A DNA stretch of 21,852 nucleotides from an uncultured archaeon (GCA_964463155.1 CAYXAY010000011.1:1-21852); one strand, 5' to 3'. Positions 1-7,655 are shown, numbered from the stretch's first letter. Numbers and translations are program-made. The notes: generated by a model from the sequence alone, not told the origin.

Positions 1-204
1 AATAAAAGAATTGCAAAACAATTTGGATTGTTTGCTTTTATTTCTGTTATTGGATTGTTGATTAATCTTGGAGTTTTAAAACTTTGTGTTGAATTGTTTG
101 GATTACATTATATGGTTGGCAAAATTGTTGCAGTTGGTGTTGGGTTTTTCTGGAATTACACTGCTAATCGGAAATTAACTTTTAGAAATAATAAATCTAT
201 TTAA
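1..204 (+). CDS. C-terminal fragment of a GtrA-family membrane protein (gene begins upstream of the window)
   Basis: Frame +1 is open from base 1 to TAA at 202-204. The translation ...FGLFAFISVIGLLINLGVLKLCVELFGLHYMVGKIVAVGVGFFWNYTANRKLTFRNNKSI has two hydrophobic helices. Its terminal FWNYxxNRxxTF signature is typical of GtrA-like proteins. Confidence 0.5.
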   Translation, partial: NKRIAKQFGLFAFISVIGLLINLGVLKLCVELFGLHYMVGKIVAVGVGFFWNYTANRKLTFRNNKSI

Positions 205-230
205 AATACTTTCTTAATCTATGCTATTTG

Positions 231-262
231 TAATTAACGCAGATTCTAATCTGTGTTAATTG
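231..262. promoter_or_regulatory. Inverted repeat plus duplicated 11-mer between the GtrA-like gene end and the AAA ATPase start (terminator and/or operator)
   Basis: AATTAACGCAGAT (232-244), loop TCTA, ATCTGTGTTAATT (249-261): 13-nt arms with one C/T mismatch. The 11-mer TTGTAATTAAC occurs twice, at 228-238 and 260-270, and overlaps both arms. Confidence 0.3.
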
Positions 263-286
263 TAATTAACACAAACGGATGGTGTT

Positions 287-1552
287 ATGGAATTAAAAAA
301 AACATTATTTGCTCAAAATTATTGGTGGAAAGAAAAAATCGCTTTTGATTTTAAAGATAGAGACATAGATATAGAAATATCTAAATTTATTACAGAACCG
401 CAAATACTAGCAATTACTGGAATAAGAAGAGTTGGAAAAACCACTTATCTATTAAGTCTTATTAATAAATTAATTAAAAATGGCACAAATCCAGAAGCAA
501 TACTTTTTGTTTCCTTTGACGAACTTAAAACTCAAAAAATTAGAGACATCTTAGAAACCTATGAATCAATTATTGAAAACAAAAAATTTCAAAAAACATA
601 TTTGTTTTTAGACGAAATACAAAAACTTAAAGATTGGGAGAATCAAATAAAATCAATATATGATGAACATAAATTGAAAAACGATTTAAAAATATTTATT
701 TCTGGTTCTGAATCTTTATTTATTAGAAAAAAATCAAAAGAAACTTTAGCTGGAAGAATATTTGAATTTAAAATGAATCAATTGTCTTTTAAAGAATATT
801 TAAATTTTAAAGATTTAAATTATAAAAATATACAACTTTATGAAAAAGAACTATTAATTGACTTTAATAATTTTATTTTAACACAAGGCTTTCCTGAAAT
901 GCTAAATTATACAGACTATTTTAAATTAAAAAAATATACTAATGAAATCACTGAAAAAATCATATTTGGAGATATAGCAAAACAATTTAAAATTACAAAT
1001 TTACAAGCACTAGAATCAATTGTTAAAATAATATCTAATAATCCAGGGCAATTACTTGATCAAACCGATTTAGGCTCAGAAATAAATGTAGTTAGGCAAG
1101 TTGTTTCTAATTATCTTAAGTATCTAGAAGAATCATACTTAATAAAAAAACAATATAATTATTCAAATAATTTTAGAAAAACAGAAAGAAAACTTAAAAA
1201 ATATTATCCTACAATCTTGTCTCCTGAGATTATATTAGATGAAGATTATTTATCTAAGTCTAAGGTTTTTGAAACATTTATAATTAATCAATTAAATTCT
1301 AATTTCTTTTGGAGAGATGCTTATAAAAATGAAGTAGATATGATTTTTGAAAAGAATAAAACAATTGTCCCAATAGAAATAAAATACGGAAAAGTAGAAA
1401 CAGAAGGATTAGATAAATTTATGTCAAATAATAATGTTTCTGTTGGTTATATAATTAGTTTAAATATAGAAAAAAAAATACAGAAAGGAGACAAAACGAT
1501 TTATGTAATCCCCGCATATAAATTTTTACTAAACAAAGACAAATATTTATGA
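287..1552 (+). CDS. AAA+ ATPase of the archaeal COG1373 type (AAA domain plus DUF4143-like C-terminal PD-(D/E)xK-like module)
   Basis: Complete 421-aa ORF with an ATG preceded by GGTG. Walker A is GIRRVGKTT and Walker B is TYLFLDEIQ. The C-terminus (WRDAYKNEVDMIFEKNKTIVPIEIKYGK) has a D...E-x-K arrangement like the nuclease-fold module of this family. Confidence 0.75.
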   Translation: MELKKTLFAQNYWWKEKIAFDFKDRDIDIEISKFITEPQILAITGIRRVGKTTYLLSLINKLIKNGTNPEAILFVSFDELKTQKIRDILETYESIIENKKFQKTYLFLDEIQKLKDWENQIKSIYDEHKLKNDLKIFISGSESLFIRKKSKETLAGRIFEFKMNQLSFKEYLNFKDLNYKNIQLYEKELLIDFNNFILTQGFPEMLNYTDYFKLKKYTNEITEKIIFGDIAKQFKITNLQALESIVKIISNNPGQLLDQTDLGSEINVVRQVVSNYLKYLEESYLIKKQYNYSNNFRKTERKLKKYYPTILSPEIILDEDYLSKSKVFETFIINQLNSNFFWRDAYKNEVDMIFEKNKTIVPIEIKYGKVETEGLDKFMSNNNVSVGYIISLNIEKKIQKGDKTIYVIPAYKFLLNKDKYL

Positions 1553-2202
1553 GTTCCACTGAAATTAAAGAAATCTATTATTGTCTTGATAATGGACTTA
1601 AGAATTATCCTTTGCCTTTTGCTGAGAATGTTTGTTTACATTATAAGAAACCATTCTTTGTTTTGATTGCAACAATTCTTTCAGCAAGAACTCTTGATAA
1701 GACCACGGCTGTTGTCTGCAGAAAACTTTTTTTAAAGATTAAGGGATTTAAAGACCTTGAAAAGATTTCCTTAAAGGAACTTGAAAAATTACTTTATCCT
1801 GTTGGGTTTTATAAGACAAAAGCTAAACACTTAAAGGAATTGCCATCTGTTGTTAAAGAAAAATTTAACGGCAAGGTGCCAGCCGAAATTGATGAGCTCT
1901 TGGAGCTTCCAGGAGTTGGAAGAAAGACTGCTAACTTGGTTGTTTCTGTTGCCTTTGGAAAACCAGGAATCTGTGTTGACACTCATGTTCATAGGATTAC
2001 AAATATCTTAGGGATTGTTAAAACCAAAAACCCACTTGAAACAGAAATGGAACTGCGTAAAAGATTACTAAAAGAACTGTGGAATAAAACAAATTATCTT
2101 TTTGTAACACTTGGGCAAAATATCTGCGTTTCTAGAAAACCTAATTGTTTAATGTGTCCAATTGCGAAATATTGCCCTGTTGGAAAAGAAATAAAGAAAT
2201 AG
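1549..2202 (+). CDS. nth: Endonuclease III (HhH-GPD DNA glycosylase/AP lyase with a 4Fe-4S cluster)
   Basis: 217 aa. The helix-hairpin-helix LPGVGRKTANLV carries the catalytic Lys, and VDTHVHR carries the catalytic Asp. The C-terminal CVSRKPNCLMCPIAKYC matches C-x6-C-x2-C-x5-C. The start ATG overlaps the upstream stop (ATGA at 1549-1552). Confidence 0.9.
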   Translation: MSSTEIKEIYYCLDNGLKNYPLPFAENVCLHYKKPFFVLIATILSARTLDKTTAVVCRKLFLKIKGFKDLEKISLKELEKLLYPVGFYKTKAKHLKELPSVVKEKFNGKVPAEIDELLELPGVGRKTANLVVSVAFGKPGICVDTHVHRITNILGIVKTKNPLETEMELRKRLLKELWNKTNYLFVTLGQNICVSRKPNCLMCPIAKYCPVGKEIKK

Positions 2203-2226
2203 AATAAGAAAAATAATTTAAAAAAA

Positions 2227-4410
2227 TTATTCTTCTACTGCAGGGCTACTTACTGTATCTTCATAATACCTAAAAGAAGGAGAGGTGCCAATTGTAACTT
2301 TTGTTGTGTCTTCTGTATCTAAGTTGTAAGTTACTATTTGGTTATCAGAAACTGTGTATAGCTCATCACCAATGTAAAGAGACCTTAAAAGATTTCCATA
2401 ACCTTGTTTATGAGATAATACTTCTTTCGTAACTATGTCATCATCAGTTATCTCTAAGACATAAAAGTTTGTTTCATTTCCTCTTGTCTTTAAATATTCA
2501 TTTACTGGAATTACTATTTGCTTGTTTTTTGGAATATACAAGAAAGCCTTATGGTCATTCTGTATTGGTGTGTATGAATTTTCTGTTTTTACTTTGTAAG
2601 TTGCTAATTCTTTTGGATCTGAATAATCAGAGACATCAAACAATGTTATCTTTACTCCTGAGTTTATTATTCCCCCCCATTCACTTATCTTTGTGTCTTG
2701 GCCAACACCAAGTATTAAAGTATCGCTTATTGGATGTAGATAACTACTATATCCTGGAATCTTTAAATAACCTAAAACTTTTGGATTTTTTCTATTACTT
2801 AAATCTATAACAAAGAAAGGATCTATTTGCTTAAAGGTTACTAAGAAAACCTTGTCTCCCATGAACCTCACACTATAGATGCTTTCATCTTCTGCAAGAC
2901 CATCAAGTGTTGAATATTTTTTTAGTTGTGAATCCAGGATTACTATGCCGTTTTCATTCTTATAATCTTTATTTCTGTAAGTAATTGCAACCCTGAGATA
3001 ACCTTCAGAATCTTCATCTAAAGAAAACTGGTTTAGAAGATCTCCTAATACATAGCCAGTTGTTATTTCCCCAAGCTTGCCATTTGATTTTAATTCTATT
3101 TTGTTAATAAAAGTCTTTTGTCTTTCTCTTTGCTTTTCTTGATAGTATTTTTCTGTTGCTTCTTGAATGTCGTTGTATAGTTGTTCTTTTTCATCAGCAT
3201 CAAGAGTTTCATAATAAGCATTTAGAATTTTTATTAGCTCTTCTGGATTATTCATGTTGTCTTCTATATTGTTTTGAATTGACTTAGGATAAATGTCTTT
3301 ATAGATTGCTTTAAAGACATCTAAATTATCATCATAATAACCCCTGTAAAACCAAGGCCCCCAATAGGAGTTTTCTTTGTGAGCAATATATAAATTATCT
3401 TCACTCATATAGATTGTGCTGGAATAATCAAGTAACAAGTCTAAAGAATCAATAACTGAATCGTTTTTCTCATCATACTTGATAGTTGTAACAGTATACA
3501 TATTTTTGTTTTCAGGAGTTCCGTCTCTTGGCATAACAATTGTTCTTTCAAGTGTTGTTGTTTTTTCTGATTTTGTTTCTGATATTGGATTAATTATTAT
3601 ATCTTCTACAAATAACGGCATTGGATAATAGAAATTATTACTATTTGTTATAAGATAGATATAACCGTCTTTAATCCTTGACTGGTAATATTCACCATCA
3701 ATTTCTATTGTGCTTAGTTTTTCTAAACTATCTTCTTTTATTTTGTAGGTTGTTACTACTGTTATTGGCAAATATAATTTCTGTGGATAAAGTAAAGAAC
3801 TGTCGAATTTAGACTCTACTTTGTATTTTGTGGTTACTAAATATAGTACATCATTATCAAGTAACATTGTTCTAATTGTTTCGTGATGGCCGGTATAGTA
3901 TTCATAGTTTATTATTTCTTTTGATATTTCTAAATCATATATATCATCTAATGGCGGAGTAACATCATTAACAACAAATAATTTAGTTTGTTTAGCAATA
4001 AATATCTTTTCTCCGTTAGTTTTTACAATGTCGCCTTCATCAATTCCTACTACTTGGACATTTGTTGTTGAATAATCTGCACTTGCTCCACTAGCTTCTT
4101 GAGTTATCAGAGGAACTGCACCAGTAGTCATATCTGTACTTGCCCTTAGTGTCTTATATCCTGAACTTGAAGTTGTTGAAGATTGTTGAAGAAGAGTCAA
4201 AAGATTATCCTTTGAAAGAACTACAAAATCAGAATTTTTATAGAACTGTAATTGTGTTGTTTTATTATTTGTTGTTGTATTTGTTGGTGTTGTGATTCCT
4301 GGGTTTTGGATATTTGGTTGGTTTGTATTTGAGCCTAAAAAGAAGGCTGCAATTATTCCAACTACTAATAACCCAATTATCAGATAAAGAACTGTATTTT
4401 TTTTTTTCAT
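2227..4410 (-). CDS. Secreted or membrane-anchored beta-propeller domain protein (Beta_propel family)
   Basis: 727 aa with an N-terminal signal anchor (MKKKNTVLYLIIGLLVVGIIAAFFL) and a Thr/Asn-rich linker. TNVQVVGIDEGDIVKTNGEKIFIA and SVRFMGDKVFLVTFKQIDPFFVIDLSNRKNPKVLGYLKIPGYSSYLHP match the conserved blocks of this secreted beta-propeller family. GGTGAT lies upstream of the ATG. Confidence 0.75.
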   Translation of the reverse strand: MKKKNTVLYLIIGLLVVGIIAAFFLGSNTNQPNIQNPGITTPTNTTTNNKTTQLQFYKNSDFVVLSKDNLLTLLQQSSTTSSSGYKTLRASTDMTTGAVPLITQEASGASADYSTTNVQVVGIDEGDIVKTNGEKIFIAKQTKLFVVNDVTPPLDDIYDLEISKEIINYEYYTGHHETIRTMLLDNDVLYLVTTKYKVESKFDSSLLYPQKLYLPITVVTTYKIKEDSLEKLSTIEIDGEYYQSRIKDGYIYLITNSNNFYYPMPLFVEDIIINPISETKSEKTTTLERTIVMPRDGTPENKNMYTVTTIKYDEKNDSVIDSLDLLLDYSSTIYMSEDNLYIAHKENSYWGPWFYRGYYDDNLDVFKAIYKDIYPKSIQNNIEDNMNNPEELIKILNAYYETLDADEKEQLYNDIQEATEKYYQEKQRERQKTFINKIELKSNGKLGEITTGYVLGDLLNQFSLDEDSEGYLRVAITYRNKDYKNENGIVILDSQLKKYSTLDGLAEDESIYSVRFMGDKVFLVTFKQIDPFFVIDLSNRKNPKVLGYLKIPGYSSYLHPISDTLILGVGQDTKISEWGGIINSGVKITLFDVSDYSDPKELATYKVKTENSYTPIQNDHKAFLYIPKNKQIVIPVNEYLKTRGNETNFYVLEITDDDIVTKEVLSHKQGYGNLLRSLYIGDELYTVSDNQIVTYNLDTEDTTKVTIGTSPSFRYYEDTVSSPAVEE

Positions 4411-4507
4411 AAGTTATCACCATTTCTAATTGTTATATATAATTAATAGAACAAATAGAATATAAAGGGCTTTTAATAGTTAGGTTTTTACCTAAAAAAG
4501 AGAAATT

Positions 4508-4527
4508 GAGCTCATTTGAAATGAGCT
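4508..4527 (-). terminator. Palindromic hairpin plus T-tract at the 3' end of the small membrane protein gene
   Basis: AGCTCATTT-G-AAATGAGCT (4509-4527) is a perfect 9+9 palindrome spanning the stop codon (4512-4514). On the minus strand it is followed by CTCTTTTTT. Confidence 0.4.
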
Positions 4528-4844
4528 ATCTTTATTACAACGAAAACTGAAACAACTAATGCTGCTGGTCCTACAAAGCTTGCAAAGTTAATTACCATTC
4601 TTTGAAGGAAATCTCCAACCAACGGAAATTTGTCTACTGGTGTTGCGCTTGTTGCAATCAAGACAATTGAGGCCAGAAGAAATTGGTTTGTATCTTTGTC
4701 TTTAATATTTAATACACCAACAACAAAACCTAAAAGTAATAATGTTATTGTTATCCATACTGCATAAGTTGAAATAAACGCCAGTAAAAAACATAAGAAT
4801 AGACCTATCAAAAAGGCTATCCCGCCAAGTCTTTGAATACTCAT
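4512..4844 (-). CDS. Small integral membrane protein, function unknown
   Basis: 110 aa with 3-4 predicted hydrophobic helices. A strong GGAGGAG Shine-Dalgarno motif sits just upstream of the ATG. I recognise no family. Confidence 0.5.
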   Translation of the reverse strand: MSIQRLGGIAFLIGLFLCFLLAFISTYAVWITITLLLLGFVVGVLNIKDKDTNQFLLASIVLIATSATPVDKFPLVGDFLQRMVINFASFVGPAALVVSVFVVIKIAHFK

Positions 4845-5065
4845 TTTTCTCCTCCTTAAAAAATATATAAATATTAAATATATAATAAGAAAAAGTTTTT
4901 AAATAAGTTTTATTTTAAAAATAGGCAGAAAAGAGAAAAAGAAAAATCTTTTATCTCTTTTATTTTTTTAAGTGGCAGAAAAAAGGAAGGAAAAGTTTTT
5001 TTGTAGTTTTTATCTTTATTACCAAATTTCCTTTAGATTGGGGGTCTAAAATCTATTACCTTTTA

Positions 5066-5515
5066 CTATTTTACTACAAAATAAACCTTTCTTCCAGAGT
5101 TGACTTTCTGTAAGTGATTTGCTTTGACTAGGTTATTTAATCTTTGACTTGCTGCGTTTGCTCCTTTGTAGCCGAATGCTTCTTTTATTTCTTCAGCGTC
5201 TGCTTTTCCGTGTTCCTTTATGTAATGTATTATTTTGTCATCGGTTTCTGGCAAAAGAACAATCTCAGGAAGATTTCTGTCTTTTTGTGATATTGAAAGC
5301 TCTAGCTTGTCGTATTTGTCTTGAATGTCTTTTAGGATTTTGTTTGTTTCCTTTCTTTCTTCAAATAACTTAAAGACTAAGATTGAAAGAACCAATGGGT
5401 CCTTTGTTTTTTCCTGAATAGCTATCAAATCAGATAACCCTAACTCCTTGAATTGACTTCCAAGCAATTGCTCAAGGAACATTCTTTTAGTTTCGTCTGT
5501 GTCATTATTAGTCAT
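5066..5515 (-). CDS. Putative winged-helix DNA-binding protein (transcription regulator)
   Basis: 149 aa. The C-terminal 60 residues (IIHYIKEHGKADAEEIKEAFGYKGANAASQRLNNLVKANHLQKVNSGRKVYFVVK) have a helix-turn-helix-wing pattern. Palindromic operator-like sites lie directly upstream. Confidence 0.5.
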   Translation of the reverse strand: MTNNDTDETKRMFLEQLLGSQFKELGLSDLIAIQEKTKDPLVLSILVFKLFEERKETNKILKDIQDKYDKLELSISQKDRNLPEIVLLPETDDKIIHYIKEHGKADAEEIKEAFGYKGANAASQRLNNLVKANHLQKVNSGRKVYFVVK

Positions 5516-5517
5516 AG

Positions 5518-5540
5518 TATATCATGATATAGTCATGACT
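5518..5540. promoter_or_regulatory. Two abutting perfect palindromes sharing a TCATGA core, upstream of the wHTH gene (candidate auto-operator)
   Basis: TATATCATGATATA (5518-5531) and AGTCATGACT (5531-5540) are both perfect palindromes, lying 3-25 nt upstream of the ATG at 5515. A TTTTAAAA TATA-like box is at 5544-5551. Confidence 0.4.
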
Positions 5541-5666
5541 TTGTTTTAAAAGGATCGCTTTCGCCTTTTACCAAGAAATTGGGTTTTTGGTTAGAAAACC
5601 AAACTTTGAGTCGGTTTTTGCGAAAAGAGAACCGACTTGACGGTCTAAACTTACTAAAAAATATAA

Positions 5667-5759
5667 CTATATGCCTATTTTACTTCTAGCTAGGTAAATT
5701 GTACAGGCAATACATACAACTAAAACACCTGAGAACTCCAAAATATCCAAAAGCATCAT
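5667..5759 (-). CDS. Possible 30-aa hydrophobic micro-protein (not in the supplied ORF track)
   Basis: Minus-strand ATGATG at 5759 to TAG at 5667-5669 encodes MMLLDILEFSGVLVVCIACTIYLARSKIGI. GGTGG lies 5 nt upstream of the ATG and an AT-rich TATA-like stretch lies further upstream. The ORF is very short, so coding status is unproven. Confidence 0.2.
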   Translation of the reverse strand: MMLLDILEFSGVLVVCIACTIYLARSKIGI

Positions 5760-5879
5760 AACTACCACCCACTTTTCTTAAATTAAATATAATACAGTAT
5801 TAGTAGTGCATGTATTGTATTAATAAATAATGCTGGTTGTTTTTTAAACCGCAGGAAGTATAAAAATAAGAAAAATAAA

Positions 5880-6965
5880 CTAAAAGACCCTTGACTCTCT
5901 TCTTGGAAGCCTAAAGCCATAACTTTTGGTTTTTTCTAGAATCTTGTTTGTAATTAGGTTAATCTCTTGAAGAGTAAGGCGACTTCTGATGTCTGCCTCT
6001 ATTAAAACTGAAGGATAGGTGTATTTTTGGTTAAAGGAAGAAATTTCTGAAACCATTCTAATAAGCTTATCTGTGTATTCCTTTAAGGAAAGATTGAAAT
6101 CTTTATAGTAAACAAACTCCAGCCTTAGAGGGTAATCATTATCAGAAAGCTTTAAGTAGCAACAATAGAGATTATCTCTTATCTCTTCTGGGAAATCAGA
6201 AAGGATTGGATGGTTTTTTGGGTCCTTTGAATATTTGAAGATTCCTGTTCTTTGGTTCTTTTCTAAAAGAGAAAAAACAACAAAAGCATCAAAGAGTTCA
6301 AAGTCAAGGTTTTGGTCATTGAATATTTCATCTTTTAGAATTGAAAAGAGACGATTTGCTCTACAATCTTCTATTGTTCCAGCTAAGAAAATCTTTTTTT
6401 CTCTTGCCTCTTTGTAAACAGAAAGAAACTTTGAGATTAAATGTTCGTATTTTTTCTTTTGAGGACAATCCGTTGTTGGCTTGTTGATGTATTGAGGAAT
6501 GATTGAACCGTCAAATAGAAATAGTTCAAGGTTGCTTTCTTGTTGTCCAAGAATTAGTGAGGAAATTTCTAGTTCTTTTTCCAAACGAGAAATGGAAGTG
6601 TTCCACATTATCTCCTCAAGCTCTAGAGAAGAACTAGAAAGATATGGTTTTGGGAGATTGTACATGTTTGGAAAATATTTGTAGTTTTTTAATTGCCCTT
6701 CTTGATAATCAAAAAATACTCCTGCTTCCTTGATGATTGTGATATTAGCAAAATTAAGTTGCTTTGAGACAAACCCAGAATCAACGCCAGCTGCCTTTAA
6801 AGAAAAGTTTCTGTCAAATGAAATGTTTTCAATAAGTTTTTCCTCTGAGTTGTAAGGATTATTAATTTCAGAAATATTAATAGTGCGAAGACGAGAAATA
6901 AACACTTGGTTCTTGTTATAGGTATTTACCATCTGTTCAACAACGTTGTTAATGTCTTGTTCCAT
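5880..6965 (-). CDS. nurA: NurA-family 5'-3' nuclease
   Basis: 361 aa. AAGVDSGF (first catalytic Asp), the acidic RLEKELE block and LFLFDGSIIP (second Asp motif) occur with NurA-like spacing. The later GTIEDCRANR and YPSVLIEADIRSR blocks also fit. The ATG is 2 nt after the stop of the upstream toxin gene. Confidence 0.65.
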   Translation of the reverse strand: MEQDINNVVEQMVNTYNKNQVFISRLRTINISEINNPYNSEEKLIENISFDRNFSLKAAGVDSGFVSKQLNFANITIIKEAGVFFDYQEGQLKNYKYFPNMYNLPKPYLSSSSLELEEIMWNTSISRLEKELEISSLILGQQESNLELFLFDGSIIPQYINKPTTDCPQKKKYEHLISKFLSVYKEAREKKIFLAGTIEDCRANRLFSILKDEIFNDQNLDFELFDAFVVFSLLEKNQRTGIFKYSKDPKNHPILSDFPEEIRDNLYCCYLKLSDNDYPLRLEFVYYKDFNLSLKEYTDKLIRMVSEISSFNQKYTYPSVLIEADIRSRLTLQEINLITNKILEKTKSYGFRLPRRESRVF

Positions 6966-6967
6966 AT

Positions 6968-7411
6968 TTATTTCTGCTTTTTCCGGATATTATATTTCCT
7001 ATTAGATTTCCAGATAATTTCTGATTCTTGTTTTTTAAGTTTCTTCAAAATCAATTCTTTTTGTTTCTCTGTTAAGTTTTTATAATAAATCTTTTTCTTA
7101 CTTGCTTTTAATAGATTACTAAAATTGTTATCTTTTTCTATATCAAAATATCCAAATAAAGAATATACATTTCTTCTATACCCTACTTTTATTGTGATTA
7201 TTTTTTTATATTCTTCTTTAATATAGTATATTATTCTATAATCTCCAACATGTAAACTTCTAGTGTTTTTTAAAAAATTAGACATTAGTTTACCAAATTC
7301 TGGATTATCATTTAGTTCTCTTATTTTTTTTATAACCTGAATTTTAATAGATTTGTCTAGCTTTTCAAGTTCTTTTTTTGCTTGAGGAAAAAACAACCTT
7401 TCATAAATCAT
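6968..7411 (-). CDS. RelE/ParE-family type II toxin with a 60-residue Lys-rich C-terminal extension
   Basis: The core is ...AKKELEKLDKSIKIQVIKKIRELNDNPEFGK...LHVGDYRIIYYIKEEYKKIITIKVGYRRNVY, which is the RelE/ParE pattern GDYRIIY...V..R..VY. The track ORF starts at a TTG (7420), and I prefer the ATG at 7411. That start overlaps the antitoxin stop by 11 nt. Confidence 0.7.
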   Translation of the reverse strand: MIYERLFFPQAKKELEKLDKSIKIQVIKKIRELNDNPEFGKLMSNFLKNTRSLHVGDYRIIYYIKEEYKKIITIKVGYRRNVYSLFGYFDIEKDNNFSNLLKASKKKIYYKNLTEKQKELILKKLKKQESEIIWKSNRKYNIRKKQK

Positions 7412-7634
7412 TTTCGTCAATTCCTAATTCTTTTAATAATTCTGATTCAGAAATACATTCTCCATTTTTGTAAGCAATTTCTGCTTCTTCTGTAAGTCTT
7501 AATATGTCTAATAATTCTAAATCTGCTAATTTCTTTGCAATAGATCTTCTTGCAACTTCGCTCCATCTTATTTCTGAATACTTTTTCATTCCAGTATACA
7601 TATAATCAGGTATTGTTAAAGTTATATTTGCCAT
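7401..7634 (-). CDS. Ribbon-helix-helix antitoxin paired with the RelE/ParE toxin
   Basis: 77 aa. The N-terminus ITLTIPDYMYTGMKKYSEIRWSEVARRSIAKKL fits a beta-strand plus two helices (RHH), and the tail is acidic. It sits immediately upstream of, and overlaps, the toxin gene. Confidence 0.6.
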   Translation of the reverse strand: MANITLTIPDYMYTGMKKYSEIRWSEVARRSIAKKLADLELLDILRLTEEAEIAYKNGECISESELLKELGIDENDL

Positions 7635-7639
7635 ATAAT

Positions 7640-7655
7640 CACCAAATATCTGGTG
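7640..7655. promoter_or_regulatory. Inverted repeat CACCA-N6-TGGTG just upstream of the antitoxin start (candidate TA operator)
   Basis: CACCAAATATCTGGTG lies 6-21 nt upstream of the ATG at 7634. A TTTAAAATTATT TATA-like element lies further upstream on the minus strand, and a second ATGTG...CACAT repeat is at 7672-7688. Confidence 0.3.

Noticed and set aside
2469-2810. 113-aa plus-strand ORF inside the beta-propeller gene
   Set aside because: It is an antisense shadow ORF. Its Leu/Phe/Cys-rich low-complexity translation is typical of the reverse strand of an AT-rich gene, it has no start context, and the opposite-strand gene has clear family motifs.
4922-5020. Imperfect tandem unit of about 50 nt (GGCAGAAAA-purine run-T run-TTATC) between the wHTH gene and the small membrane protein gene
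   Set aside because: It is low-complexity purine/pyrimidine tracts. On the minus strand these read as repeated oligo-T runs right after the wHTH stop, which fits ordinary archaeal termination signals rather than a functional repeat.
5149-5373. 74-aa plus-strand ORF inside the wHTH gene
   Set aside because: It is an antisense shadow ORF with a Leu/Cys/Phe-rich translation and no ribosome-binding context.
6235-6684. Two plus-strand ORFs of about 60 aa (6235-6417, 6499-6684) inside nurA
   Set aside because: They are antisense shadow ORFs with Ser/Arg/Phe-rich translations. The minus-strand NurA motifs explain the open frames.
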